Below are positions 10,985 to 20,107 of a stretch of 64,000 nucleotides of DNA, piece by piece. The stretch covers positions 519,821 through 583,820 of the forward strand of contig CBDAUF010000001.1 in assembly GCA_965200535.1 (NCBI GenBank), read 5' to 3'. Both the position numbers and the translations under genes were made by a program. The stretch comes from Alphaproteobacteria bacterium. Lineage in GTDB: Bacteria > Pseudomonadota > Alphaproteobacteria > MPNO01. The notes below the pieces were generated by a model. The model made no database searches, had not been told where the DNA came from, and saw only the letters and a program-made list of their open reading frames with translations. Numbering within the stretch: the stretch's first letter is position 1; each line of letters opens with the position of its first letter.

Positions 10985-12046
10985 ATGCGCACAGCGATAC
11001 GACATGGTGCGGCCGCCGCCATGCTTGCCGGTCTGTCCGTCGGAACGGCGTCGGCCGGGACCTTCAACCTGACCTTTGCCGCCGCCCAGGGCGTGCACCT
11101 GCCCTGGGTCGGGCTGACGCAGAGCGTTTTCATCGCCGGTGTCGATGCCCGTCTCAAGGGAACCGGCCACAAGATCAACTGGACCAAGGCTTACGGCGGC
11201 ACGCTCTCCAAGGTCGGAGGCACGTTGGAAGTGATCGAGGAAGGCATCGCCGATCTCGGCATCGTCTATTCGCTGTTCGAACAGGCCAAGCTGCCGCTCC
11301 AGAATGTGGCCTACATGGCGCCCTTCGGCTCGGACAGCCTCGGACTCACGCTCCGGATCTTCCAGGAACTCCACCAAGAAGTGCCCGAGATGTCGGGCTC
11401 GTGGGAAAAGCACGGCCAAATCTTCGTCGCCCCGATCGGCTTCGACACATTCTATCCGCTCACCAAGTTTCCCATCAAATCGCTTGCCGACCTGAAGGGC
11501 AGGAAACTCGCCGGAGCCGGGGCGGTCTCCCTGTGGGAGGCGCCCGTCGGCATCGTGCCGGTGCAGGGAAACTTCTCCGTTCACTTCAACAATCTCAAGA
11601 CTGGCGTCTATGACGGGCTGATCGCCTTCACCACCGGCTATTACCCCAACAAGCTGCACGAGATCGCGCGTTATGCGACCCGAGTGAATTTCGGCGCCAT
11701 GCCGGGCGGCGGCGTGACGGTCAACAAGACCGTCTGGAGCAAGATGCCGACCGCGATCAAGAAGGCCGTCGACGAGGCTGCGCTGGATTACAGGAATGCC
11801 CAGGACAAGACGATGACCGGCCTGGTCAAGACCTTCGAGGCGAAGATGGCGGCAGAGGGCACGGTGTTCTCGCAGATGCCGCTCGACCAGAAACTCGCCT
11901 GGGCGAAAGCGATGCCGAATATCGCAAAACAGTGGGCCGCGCGCGTCGAGGCCAAGGGCTTCGCTGGAAACAAGGTGCTCAAGGCCTATATGGACAAGCT
12001 CCGCGCCAACAAGGTTCCCCTGGTGCGCGAATGGGACAAGGAATAG
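10985..12046 (+). CDS. dctP: TRAP transporter substrate-binding protein, DctP family
   Basis: A signal peptide (MRTAIRHGAAAAMLAGLSVGTASA) precedes a DctP-fold SBP. A DctQ-DctM pair follows. The ORF-track extension upstream to 10769 overlaps the divergent LigB start and was rejected. Confidence 0.85.
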   Translation: MRTAIRHGAAAAMLAGLSVGTASAGTFNLTFAAAQGVHLPWVGLTQSVFIAGVDARLKGTGHKINWTKAYGGTLSKVGGTLEVIEEGIADLGIVYSLFEQAKLPLQNVAYMAPFGSDSLGLTLRIFQELHQEVPEMSGSWEKHGQIFVAPIGFDTFYPLTKFPIKSLADLKGRKLAGAGAVSLWEAPVGIVPVQGNFSVHFNNLKTGVYDGLIAFTTGYYPNKLHEIARYATRVNFGAMPGGGVTVNKTVWSKMPTAIKKAVDEAALDYRNAQDKTMTGLVKTFEAKMAAEGTVFSQMPLDQKLAWAKAMPNIAKQWAARVEAKGFAGNKVLKAYMDKLRANKVPLVREWDKE

Positions 12047-12222
12047 GGCGTCGGAAACTGCAATCCGACAGACTTCGCCGGCAGCGTCCCGGACCGGGGA
12101 CATAATCGACGTCCGGGCGAAGATGTCCACCGGCGCGCCGGGGATCCCCCGCCGGCGCCGGGCACGGCCGAGGCACCGTGACTGATCGCGCAAGATCCTC
12201 GCGGCCTCCTTTCTGGCGGCGC

Positions 12223-12768
12223 ATGCTGACCTTCGAGGGGCTGGTTTCCGGACTCAATTCGCTCGGCAGCGTCTGGATCGTCGTTCTGATGACGGTCATC
12301 ACGATCGACATCATGGGCAGGACCATTCTCGGCATGCCTCTGCGCGGCGTGCCGGAACTGGTGAAGCTCTCGATCGTCGGCATCGTCTTCATCCAGCTCG
12401 GCCACACCCTCCGGTCGGGCCGCATGACCCGGTCGGACGGTCTCCTGCGCATCTTCAGGATCCGGCTCCCGCGTCTTTCCCACGCGATGACGCTGATCTT
12501 CAACCTGGTGGGCGCCGGACTCTTCGTCTTGGTGCTCGAGGCGAGCTATCCGTTCTTCGTCGAGGCGTGGAGCACCGGCGAATATGCGGGGATCCAAGGC
12601 TATGTCAGCTATCCGGTGTGGCCCGTGCGCCTGATCATCCTGATCGGCTGCGCCGTTGCGGCGATCCAGTACTGTCTGTTCGCCTGGCGCGACCTCGCCG
12701 TGGTGCTCGGCCGACTGGCGCCCGCCGATCCGGACGATCACGGACGGCTTGCGGAAATGCTCAAATGA
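12223..12768 (+). CDS. dctQ: TRAP transporter small permease, DctQ family
   Basis: Four predicted TM helices at ~180 aa match DctQ architecture. The stop overlaps the dctM start (ATGA). The start (12178 GTG or 12223 ATG) is uncertain. Confidence 0.75.
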   Translation: MLTFEGLVSGLNSLGSVWIVVLMTVITIDIMGRTILGMPLRGVPELVKLSIVGIVFIQLGHTLRSGRMTRSDGLLRIFRIRLPRLSHAMTLIFNLVGAGLFVLVLEASYPFFVEAWSTGEYAGIQGYVSYPVWPVRLIILIGCAVAAIQYCLFAWRDLAVVLGRLAPADPDDHGRLAEMLK

Positions 12769-14096
12769 GCGGAGTCGAGATCGGGCTGATCTCGATCGGC
12801 GCGATCCTGCTGCTGATCTATCTCGGCATGCACGTGGCGGTGACGCTGTGCGTGGTATCGCTTCTGGGCGTCTGGGCGGTAAAGGGCAATGTCGTCCTCG
12901 CGACAAAGCTGCTCGCCATCGCCGCCTACGATACCGTCGCGGGATACGTTTTCGGCGTCGTTCCCCTGTTCGTCCTGATGGGGCTGCTGATCAGCGTCTC
13001 CGACCTCGGCAAGGACGCCTACATTGTCGCCAACGCCCTGATGCGCCGGGTCCGGGGTGGGCTCGGCATCGCGACCGTCGCGGCAAATGCGGTCTTCGCC
13101 GCGGTTACCGGGATTTCCGTAGCCTCCGCCGCGGTCTTCACGAAGCTCGCGGTGCCGGAGATGATCTCGCTCGGTTACCGCCCCCGTTTCGCGGTCGGGG
13201 TGGTGGCAGGCAGCTCCGTTCTCGGTATGCTGATCCCGCCCAGCCTGCTGCTCATCATCTACGGCATCCTCGCGGAGCAATCGATCGGCGACCTGTTCAT
13301 CGCCGGCATCGGACCCGGCCTCGTCCTGTCGCTCGCCTTCTCGATCGCGATTCTCGCGATGGCGACCTTCCTGCCCAACATGGTCATGCGCGAAGGAGAA
13401 CGCATCGCTCCTGCGCCCGACGCCGACGGCGACGAGGCGCGCCAGTCCATGACGGCAGCCTTCCTGCGCCTCTGGCCGCTTCCGGCGTTGGTCTTCGCGG
13501 TCATCGGCGGAATCTATCTCGGCTGGTTCACACCCACGGAATCCGGGGCTGTCGGCGCGGTCGGGGCCCTCATCCTCGCGCTTGCACGGCGCAAGCTCAC
13601 CCCGGCAAAGATCTGGCAGGTTCTGGTCGAAACCGGACATGTCACGGTTTCGATCCTGATGCTGATCATCGCCGCCAACATCTACACCCGCCTGCTTGCA
13701 CTTTCGGGGGTCCCGGTATTCATCAACGATTTCGTGAACGGGCTGGAATTCGGCTTTTTCACCCTCCTCGTATTCTACGCTGCGATCATCGTGATAATGG
13801 GAACCATCCTCGATGGAATCTCGATCATGCTGATCATGATCCCGATCTTCCTGCCCTTGCTGAACGTCTACGATGTCGATCTGGTTTGGTTCGGGATCGT
13901 GACCGTGATCGCGGTCGAGATCGGTCTTCTCACGCCGCCCCTGGGCCTGTCCGCCTATGTCATCAAGAGCACGCTCGACAGTGACGAAATCTCGCTCGCG
14001 GACATTTTTATCGGCGCGGCGCCGTTCGCGGCGGTAATGTTTCTCGTCCTCCTGCTGATCATCGTCTTCCCCTGGCTGGTCACCGGTTACGGTTGA
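12765..14096 (+). CDS. dctM: TRAP transporter large permease, DctM family
   Basis: The start MSGVEIGLISIGAILLLIYLGMHVAVTL is followed by the DctM signature stretches (AGSSVLGMLIPPS, GIDLVWFGIV). Length is 444 aa. Confidence 0.9.
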   Translation: MSGVEIGLISIGAILLLIYLGMHVAVTLCVVSLLGVWAVKGNVVLATKLLAIAAYDTVAGYVFGVVPLFVLMGLLISVSDLGKDAYIVANALMRRVRGGLGIATVAANAVFAAVTGISVASAAVFTKLAVPEMISLGYRPRFAVGVVAGSSVLGMLIPPSLLLIIYGILAEQSIGDLFIAGIGPGLVLSLAFSIAILAMATFLPNMVMREGERIAPAPDADGDEARQSMTAAFLRLWPLPALVFAVIGGIYLGWFTPTESGAVGAVGALILALARRKLTPAKIWQVLVETGHVTVSILMLIIAANIYTRLLALSGVPVFINDFVNGLEFGFFTLLVFYAAIIVIMGTILDGISIMLIMIPIFLPLLNVYDVDLVWFGIVTVIAVEIGLLTPPLGLSAYVIKSTLDSDEISLADIFIGAAPFAAVMFLVLLLIIVFPWLVTGYG

Positions 14097-14199
14097 GAGG
14101 GGGGATGGCCACACCGGGAGAAAGCGTTTCCCTGCTATGCGGCGCGGTCGGGTACCGGCATCGGACCCGACCCTCGTTCGACCGACAGGAGACAGAACC

Positions 14200-14985
14200 G
14201 TGAATTATCGTGTGACGCCGCTACTGCTCGGCGATGCCGTCGTTCCCGATATGCTCGACGTGTTCTGGAGTCTGACCAGGTCCCGCGGCGTCTCCTCGGT
14301 GCCGATCCTCGCGTTCCTCATCGAGGGCACCCCGGACGGGCCGCTGTTGATCGATACCGGCATGCGCGACGCACAGCGGGCGCAGGAGGTTCACGGACTC
14401 GGGCCGCACAATATCGCGGCCGACCAGACGATTCCGGTGCAGCTTGCGAAGCACGGCTATACGCCGGAGGACATAAAATTCGTCCATCTGACGCATCTGC
14501 ACTACGATCACGCCGGCGGTTGCAAACTGCTGCCGAACGCCCGTTTCGTCCTGCAGCGAACCGAACTGATGGCCGCGGCCGCGCCGATGGGGCCCGAACA
14601 ACTCAACATCGGCGGCAAGGGGCTGTTCTTCGACCGGGCCGATGTCGCCGATTTGGTCGACCCGCTCTGGCGCCGGGTCGATCTGATGGAAGGCGATTAC
14701 GAGCCGTATCCGGGCATCCGCTGCGTGCTCTATGCCAACTCGCACACGCCGGGCCATCAATGCGTCTATGTCGAAACCGCCGACGGCACTGTCGCGATCA
14801 TCGGCGATATTGCCCGCAAGCTTGATCTGAACATCGAGCAGGAGATCATGCCCGGCATCTACTACGATCTCGACTCGATGCGGCGGGCGCTGATCGACAT
14901 CAAGTCGCGCGCCGACATTATCCTTCCCACCCACGACTGGAACGTGCTCGAAGGCGGCAGGCCGGATACCGCCCCCGCGGGATAG
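14200..14985 (+). CDS. MBL-fold hydrolase, AiiA-like N-acyl-homoserine-lactone lactonase family
   Basis: The GTG start has an AGGAGA RBS. THLHYDHAGG is the HxHxDH motif. QRTE, HTPGH and the C-terminal THD match the AiiA-type lactonase layout. Confidence 0.7.
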   Translation: MNYRVTPLLLGDAVVPDMLDVFWSLTRSRGVSSVPILAFLIEGTPDGPLLIDTGMRDAQRAQEVHGLGPHNIAADQTIPVQLAKHGYTPEDIKFVHLTHLHYDHAGGCKLLPNARFVLQRTELMAAAAPMGPEQLNIGGKGLFFDRADVADLVDPLWRRVDLMEGDYEPYPGIRCVLYANSHTPGHQCVYVETADGTVAIIGDIARKLDLNIEQEIMPGIYYDLDSMRRALIDIKSRADIILPTHDWNVLEGGRPDTAPAG

Positions 14986-15058
14986 CCGGGCCGGACCGCC
15001 ATTCGCGCGACAGACGGCGGCCGGTCCGGCCGCCGTTCATACGGTGTGCGTGCGGCCT

Positions 15059-15658
15059 CTACCCGCGGGTGTCAGGGGACCAGCCGGGGCCGGCCAGTTC
15101 GGTCGGCAGTTCGCCCCGGTAGCTCTCCGCGTTCTCGATCTGCTCTACCCAGTCGAGGCCCATCGCCTTGAAGATCCGGTTGGTCATGACGATCAGCCGC
15201 GCGCCGTTCTCGGGGTCGGTGTTGACGTGCTGTTTGACTGTGTAGGCGGGGATGAAGACGAAATCGCCGCGGGTCCATTCATACTTCTTCGGTTCTTCCG
15301 CCCAGCTCCATTCGAACTCGACATCGACCTCGAACGAGACGTCCCAGTGGAGGTCGTAGCCCGAGCCTTCGGCCACGTAGACGATCTGCTCGGCGAGCTT
15401 GCGCGACCTGCCGGACTTCCCGCCCGGTTCGAGGAACTGCATGTAGATGTCGAGGCAGCATTCGGTGGTGTTGAGCTTCTCGTGCACCATGTGCTTGAGG
15501 AGACCGTCCGGCGAGTTCTCGAACGGCATGTCCTTCGCCTTGATGACGGTCAGGCGCTGCCGATAGTCGGCCCGGAAATCGGCCGATTCCTGCAGCCATT
15601 CGGCATAGATGTCGGCTGTCCTGCCGCCGAGCCCCGCGATATCCTTCTCGTCCGCCAC
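15059..15658 (-). CDS. mono-cupin protein resembling the C-terminal (non-catalytic) cupin of gentisate/salicylate 1,2-dioxygenases
   Basis: The GTG start has a GGGGAG RBS 9 nt upstream. The cupin motif-2 G(D)FVFIPAYTVKQHVN is present. Motif 1 lacks the HxH metal ligands: it reads SRK where HxH is expected. Confidence 0.6.
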   Translation of the reverse strand: MADEKDIAGLGGRTADIYAEWLQESADFRADYRQRLTVIKAKDMPFENSPDGLLKHMVHEKLNTTECCLDIYMQFLEPGGKSGRSRKLAEQIVYVAEGSGYDLHWDVSFEVDVEFEWSWAEEPKKYEWTRGDFVFIPAYTVKQHVNTDPENGARLIVMTNRIFKAMGLDWVEQIENAESYRGELPTELAGPGWSPDTRG

Positions 15659-15709
15659 CGTCGTCGCTCCCCGTCTCTGCTTCCCGGCGAATCCGTTTCG
15701 CCCCCGCCG

Positions 15710-16312
15710 TCAGATATCCGCCGGCGGCGTCCAGTTCTCCCAGCCCGGAACGGGCTCCTTCGGCGGGTATTTGGCGATCTTCTGGAAGAGCATGTGCATG
15801 AACAGGAAAAGCGGCTTGGCCTTCATCACCAGGAGCACCAGATCCTCGTTTTCCGAGGCGTTGAAATGCTGGTGAACGCAGCCGTTCTCCACCACCATGA
15901 TGTCGCCGGCCTCGTAGTCGAACCGCTTGCCGTCGTGAATGTCGTAGCCCCTGCCCCTGAGGCAGTAGAAGATCGCCGAATTCATGTGGCCGTGGCGTTG
16001 GCCCGTCCCCTTGGGCGCGATCACCGAGATGTGGGTCTCGATCGACTGCGCGATGTCGGTCTTCATCGGGTTGACGATGGACTTGTCGAACAACTGCGGC
16101 CCGCCGCGCCATTCCTGGTCGGCGGCGCTGTAGACGCGGGGCTGGCTGTAGAGTTCCTCCTGGAGTTCCCCGTAGGTGCCTTCCAGCGCGCGGACGAAGG
16201 TACGCTTCCTCTGCCAGCGTTCCCAGATGACTTCCTTCGGCTGGTTGTGGCCGATCCCGGCCTGCCCGATGCCTGCCTCGATGCCGCCCGCCCCGTTTGA
16301 CCGTTCCGCCAT
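15710..16312 (-). CDS. mono-cupin protein resembling the N-terminal catalytic cupin of gentisate 1,2-dioxygenase
   Basis: QRHGHMNSAIFYCLRGRGYDIHDGKRFDYEAGDIMVVENGCVHQHFN parallels the HRHSMNALRFVMEGKG...HEH motif of the GDO at 17333..18340. The ATG at 16312 has a GGAGGG RBS and is preferred over the longer 16432 start. Confidence 0.6.
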   Translation of the reverse strand: MAERSNGAGGIEAGIGQAGIGHNQPKEVIWERWQRKRTFVRALEGTYGELQEELYSQPRVYSAADQEWRGGPQLFDKSIVNPMKTDIAQSIETHISVIAPKGTGQRHGHMNSAIFYCLRGRGYDIHDGKRFDYEAGDIMVVENGCVHQHFNASENEDLVLLVMKAKPLFLFMHMLFQKIAKYPPKEPVPGWENWTPPADI

Positions 16313-16419
16313 GGTGGCCGCGCCCTCCGAAAGACTGTGATCGTGGAGCCGGCGGATTATATTTGCCATCGCGGGGGTGTCCAGTACGCCGCCCGAAACC
16401 GCAGGGAGTCGGGGACAGC

Positions 16420-17277
16420 ATGAAGATCGCACCGCTGTCGGACAGACTCGGGGCCGAAATCACCGGGCTCCACGTCGCCCGCGACCTCGACGAGGCGGGG
16501 TTCCGGGCCGTCCTCGACGCCCTCCACCGCTACCGCGTGCTGGCGTTTCGCGAACAGTCTCTCGAACCCGCCGACCAGGTGGCGTTCTCCGCCCGCTTCG
16601 GCCCGCTCGAGGTGCACGACAACCGCCGGTACAGCCTGCCCGACCACGACCACGTCATGGTCCTGTCGAACGATCTGAAGGACGGCGAGCCGGTCGGGGT
16701 GCCGGATGCCGGGGATTCCTGGCACACCGACCTGTCGTTCAAGGAAACGCCGAGCCTCTGCACCGTGTTGCAGGCCGTGACCCTTCCCACGCGCGGCGGC
16801 GACACGGCCTTCGCCTGCATGACACGGGCCTGGAAGGCGCTCCCGGAGGCGCTCAAGAGGCGGGTGAGGGGCAGGCGCGCGATCCACGACCCGAGCAAGC
16901 TGCGCAACCCGCGGGTCGAGATCTCGCCGCTGCGCCGCGATGCGGCTGCGTTCTACGCCGGACAGAGCGCGCGCTTCGCCGCGGTCGCGCACCCGATCGT
17001 CAGGACCCATCCGGCGACCGGGGAGAAGTCGCTTTACGTCCAGCCGCGCTTCACGGTCGCCATCGAGGGCATGGACGACGAGGAGGCGCAGCCCCTCCTC
17101 GACCTCCTGTTCGCGCACCAGATCCGCCCGGAATTCGTCTACCGCCACCGGTGGCGGGACGGCGATCTCCTGATGTGGGACAACCGTTGCGTCATCCATT
17201 ACGCGACCGGCGGCTACGCCTACCCCGACATCCGGACCATGCACCGGACCACCGTGCTGGGCGACCGGCCGTACTGA
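16420..17277 (+). CDS. TauD/TfdA-family Fe(II)/2-oxoglutarate-dependent dioxygenase
   Basis: The start MKIAPLSDRLGAEITGLHVAR is followed by the HTD facial-triad motif (WHTDLSF) and a C-terminal His and Arg (R...IHYA) for 2OG binding. Length is 285 aa. Confidence 0.8.
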   Translation: MKIAPLSDRLGAEITGLHVARDLDEAGFRAVLDALHRYRVLAFREQSLEPADQVAFSARFGPLEVHDNRRYSLPDHDHVMVLSNDLKDGEPVGVPDAGDSWHTDLSFKETPSLCTVLQAVTLPTRGGDTAFACMTRAWKALPEALKRRVRGRRAIHDPSKLRNPRVEISPLRRDAAAFYAGQSARFAAVAHPIVRTHPATGEKSLYVQPRFTVAIEGMDDEEAQPLLDLLFAHQIRPEFVYRHRWRDGDLLMWDNRCVIHYATGGYAYPDIRTMHRTTVLGDRPY

Positions 17278-17332
17278 CCGCCCGCCATCCCGCCCCGATG
17301 CGGTGTCGGCCCTACCGCTCCTCGAAGCCCCT

Positions 17333-18340
17333 TCAGTCGCGGAACTCGTCGTGCAGGATGTGCAGCCGCCGCAGGATTTCGCGGTCGGAGACCTCGAACA
17401 GATGGGCGCCGCCAGCTTCCGCGGCGTGGCTGATCCAGTGGCCGTGGGGAAGCGAGACGATGTCGTGCCGGCGCCATTCCACGGTCGTTCCGCCGACTTC
17501 GGAACGCCCCTCGCCGTCGACCACCAGGAAGGCCGAGTTGCTGTTCGTGCGGTAGGCGCGCGCAGGACGGCCCGCGGCGAGCGAGAGGATCGAGCACTCC
17601 ATGGTCGCCATCGTCGGCCCGCCGGTGAGCGGGTTGGTGTAGAAGAGCCGGCGGCTGCCGTCAGGCGCCGGCGGAAGCGCCGCCAGAGCCGCCTGCGCGG
17701 CCTCCCACGGATAGCGGAACATCGGCGAATAGGGCATGTCCGCCATGCCCGAGGCCGGGGCAAGCCCGGTGGCCGAGAACGCCTCGTCCGGCGGCAGTTC
17801 CGGCAGGTCGTGCGCCGGGCCGGGTTCGAAGACGCCGGTGTCGAGATAGCGGTGGAACGGCACGTCCAGCACGTCGAGCCAGATCATCCGCCCGTCGCCC
17901 TCGTGGACGTGCTCGTGCCAGGTCCAGCCCGGGGTCAGGATCATGTCGCCCGGTTCCATGGCGCACGGCTTGCCATCGACGACGGTGGTCGCGCCCTTGC
18001 CCTCCATGACGAAGCGCAGGGCATTCATCGAATGGCGGTGCGGCCGCGCGGTCTCGCCCGGCATCAGGATTTGCAGGTTGAAGCCGAGCGTCAAACCCGA
18101 ACCGACGCCGTGCCCCGCCCCGGCGAGGGCCGGGCTGTCGAGCACCAGGACCCGGCGCTCGGCATCCGCCATCGAAGTCGCCTCGATCGCCGTCTCCAGC
18201 AGCGGCTCCAGCGTTTCCCAGCGCCAGACGTGCGGCGGTTCGAGCGGCCGATCGGTTGTGTCCTCGACCTCCCACAGCGGGACGACGTTCGCCGCCTTCG
18301 TCGCCGCCCGAAACTCGGCAAGAGCCACGCGCCCGCCCAT
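17333..18340 (-). CDS. gentisate 1,2-dioxygenase (bicupin)
   Basis: Length is 335 aa. The N-terminal cupin carries HRHSMNALRFVMEGKGATTVVDGKPCAMEPGDMILTPGWTWHEH, the 3-His iron site. The C-terminal cupin carries HGHWISH. Confidence 0.85.
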   Translation of the reverse strand: MGGRVALAEFRAATKAANVVPLWEVEDTTDRPLEPPHVWRWETLEPLLETAIEATSMADAERRVLVLDSPALAGAGHGVGSGLTLGFNLQILMPGETARPHRHSMNALRFVMEGKGATTVVDGKPCAMEPGDMILTPGWTWHEHVHEGDGRMIWLDVLDVPFHRYLDTGVFEPGPAHDLPELPPDEAFSATGLAPASGMADMPYSPMFRYPWEAAQAALAALPPAPDGSRRLFYTNPLTGGPTMATMECSILSLAAGRPARAYRTNSNSAFLVVDGEGRSEVGGTTVEWRRHDIVSLPHGHWISHAAEAGGAHLFEVSDREILRRLHILHDEFRD

Positions 18341-18512
18341 CGCCGCCTCCTGTCCCGATGCCCGGACCGCCGCCGCGGCCCGATACGCGGATTGTGACGC
18401 GAAGCGCGGCTGCGGCCAAGCCGAACCTGCCGCCGGAGAACCCGCCCCTTGATCGCCGGGGCGCCCGCGCGTATCTGCCGGCTGACACTTCGAACGGGCA
18501 ACGGGAAAGACG

Positions 18513-18917
18513 ATGATCGACCAACACAGAGCGCTGATCTACGCCATGGTTCTCGCTTCCGCCGCCGACCGCGAGATGACCGACACGGAGATCCGCCGGA
18601 TCGGCGAGATCGTCGACCGGCTGCCGGTATTCGACGATTTCGACATCGGGTCGCTCTCCGCGGCGGCCGCGGACTGCGCCGGGCTTCTCAACGCCGACAA
18701 CGGACTCGACGCCGTGCTCGAGGCGATCGCCGCCGCACTGCCGGAAACGCTGCGGGAGACCGCCTATGCGCTGGCGTGCGAGATCATTGCCGCCGACGGC
18801 AGGGTGGTCGAGGAAGAGCTTCGCCTGCTCGAATTGCTCGGCCAGAGCCTGCCGATCGACCGTCTGGCGGCGGCGGCGATCGAGCGCGGCGCGCGGGCGC
18901 GACACATGAAGTTCTGA
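18513..18917 (+). CDS. TerB-family (tellurite-resistance-like) protein
   Basis: Length is 134 aa. The TerB-like helical pattern appears as YAMVLASAADREMTDTEIRRIGEIV ... ACEIIAADGRVVEEELRLLELLGQSL. Confidence 0.55.
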   Translation: MIDQHRALIYAMVLASAADREMTDTEIRRIGEIVDRLPVFDDFDIGSLSAAAADCAGLLNADNGLDAVLEAIAAALPETLRETAYALACEIIAADGRVVEEELRLLELLGQSLPIDRLAAAAIERGARARHMKF

Positions 18918-18958
18918 GCGCCCCGAAGCGCGCCCCCGCCGGCGCTCCGGATAACGCG

Positions 18959-19960
18959 ATGGCCGACCGCCCGGTCGTCCTCTGGCTCTACGCGTGCTGC
19001 GCGATGATCTTCGCGATGATCGTTCTGGGCGGCCTCACCCGGCTCACCGGATCGGGGCTTTCCATGGTGACATGGCAGCCGGTTACCGGTTGGCTGCCGC
19101 CGCTCGGCGCTGCCGAGTGGGAAGCCGTTTTCGCGCTCTACCGCGAGACACCGGAGTTCAGGCGCGTCAATTTCTGGATGAGTGTCGACGATTTCCGTTC
19201 GATCTTCTGGCTCGAATATCTGCACCGCCTGTGGGGCCGCCTGATCGGCGTCGCCTTCGCCGTGCCGGCGGCGTATTTCGCGCTGCGCGGGCGGATCGAC
19301 CGCCGGCTCGGGACGGGGCTCGCCATCGCCTTCCTGCTTGGCGCGGCGCAGGGGGCGCTCGGCTGGTACATGGTGCGCAGCGGGCTCGTCGACCGTCCGG
19401 AAGTCAGCCATTACCGGCTCGCCGCGCATCTCGCCCTCGCGCTGGCGCTCTACGCCTGGCTCCTGTGGCAGGCGCTCGGCCTGGCCAGGAAACGTGCGGC
19501 GCGCGGCATGCGGGACGGGCATATCGGCCTGGCGCTCGCGGGGATCGCGCTCACCGCGGTCTGGGGCGCCTTCGTCGCCGGGCTCGACGCGGGCCATATC
19601 CACCCCACGTTTCCGCTGATGAACGGGCAGTTGATCCCGGACGAGATATTCTCGCTGGTTCCCCGGACGGCCGACCTGACCGAAAACCCGGTGACGGTCC
19701 AGTTCGTCCACCGCTGGCTCGCGATCGTCGTGCTCGCAGTCGTCCTCGCGCTGTGGTGGCGCGCCCGGCGCGATCCGCCCCGCGCGCGGTTGCCGTTCGA
19801 CCTCCTGGCCGGAATGGGCGTCGTTCAGGCCGGGCTCGGCATCGCGACCCTGGTTCTCGGCGTGCCGCTCGCACTCGCCGCGCTCCATCAGGCGGGCGCC
19901 GTGGTGCTGCTCAGCCTCGCGGTCTACGTTCTTCATGCCGGCCGTGCGGAACCGGTTTGA
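18959..19960 (+). CDS. ctaA: heme A synthase (COX15/CtaA)
   Basis: The internal ATG gives MADRPVVLWLYACCAMIFAMIVLGGLTRLTGSGLSMVTWQP. There are 8 TM helices with His pairs (EYLHRLWGR, QFVHRW) and a type-2 short loop. Length is 333 aa. The upstream 510 nt of the ORF-track frame is rejected. Confidence 0.85.
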   Translation: MADRPVVLWLYACCAMIFAMIVLGGLTRLTGSGLSMVTWQPVTGWLPPLGAAEWEAVFALYRETPEFRRVNFWMSVDDFRSIFWLEYLHRLWGRLIGVAFAVPAAYFALRGRIDRRLGTGLAIAFLLGAAQGALGWYMVRSGLVDRPEVSHYRLAAHLALALALYAWLLWQALGLARKRAARGMRDGHIGLALAGIALTAVWGAFVAGLDAGHIHPTFPLMNGQLIPDEIFSLVPRTADLTENPVTVQFVHRWLAIVVLAVVLALWWRARRDPPRARLPFDLLAGMGVVQAGLGIATLVLGVPLALAALHQAGAVVLLSLAVYVLHAGRAEPV

Positions 19961-20107
19961 CAGCGGAAACCCGGCTGGACGACCATGCCCTCGCCGTTGT
20001 CCTACCCGCATCGGAGGTGCCGGCGTGGCGAACTTTCCGGATCGAGCGCTCCGGCGGAGCGAAAGCAGCACCGCCTGCCGCGGGCGGGCGGCGCCGGCGC
20101 GCGGGCG

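Noticed and set aside
12047-12222. GC-rich imperfect hairpin (ccggcgcgccgggg…ccccgccggcgccgg) between dctP and dctQ as an intra-operon terminator or attenuator
   Set aside because: The stem is imperfect and there is no U-tract. It could still modulate SBP:permease stoichiometry but cannot be supported from sequence alone.
15659-15709. Reading the two cupin ORFs as one bicupin gene with TGA read-through or selenocysteine
   Set aside because: I saw no SECIS-like hairpin. The downstream ORF has its own RBS (GGGGAG) and start codon. The possibility is retained only as an alternative in the finding.
16357-17763. Overlapping 392 to 468 aa ORFs across the TauD-like and GDO genes
   Set aside because: Alternative frames of motif-supported genes. 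The translations are low complexity.
18449-18958. N-terminal 170-codon extension of ctaA (ORF-track start 18449)
   Set aside because: The extension is Arg-rich junk and overlaps the TerB-like gene in another frame. The ATG at 18959 gives the canonical CtaA N-terminus.
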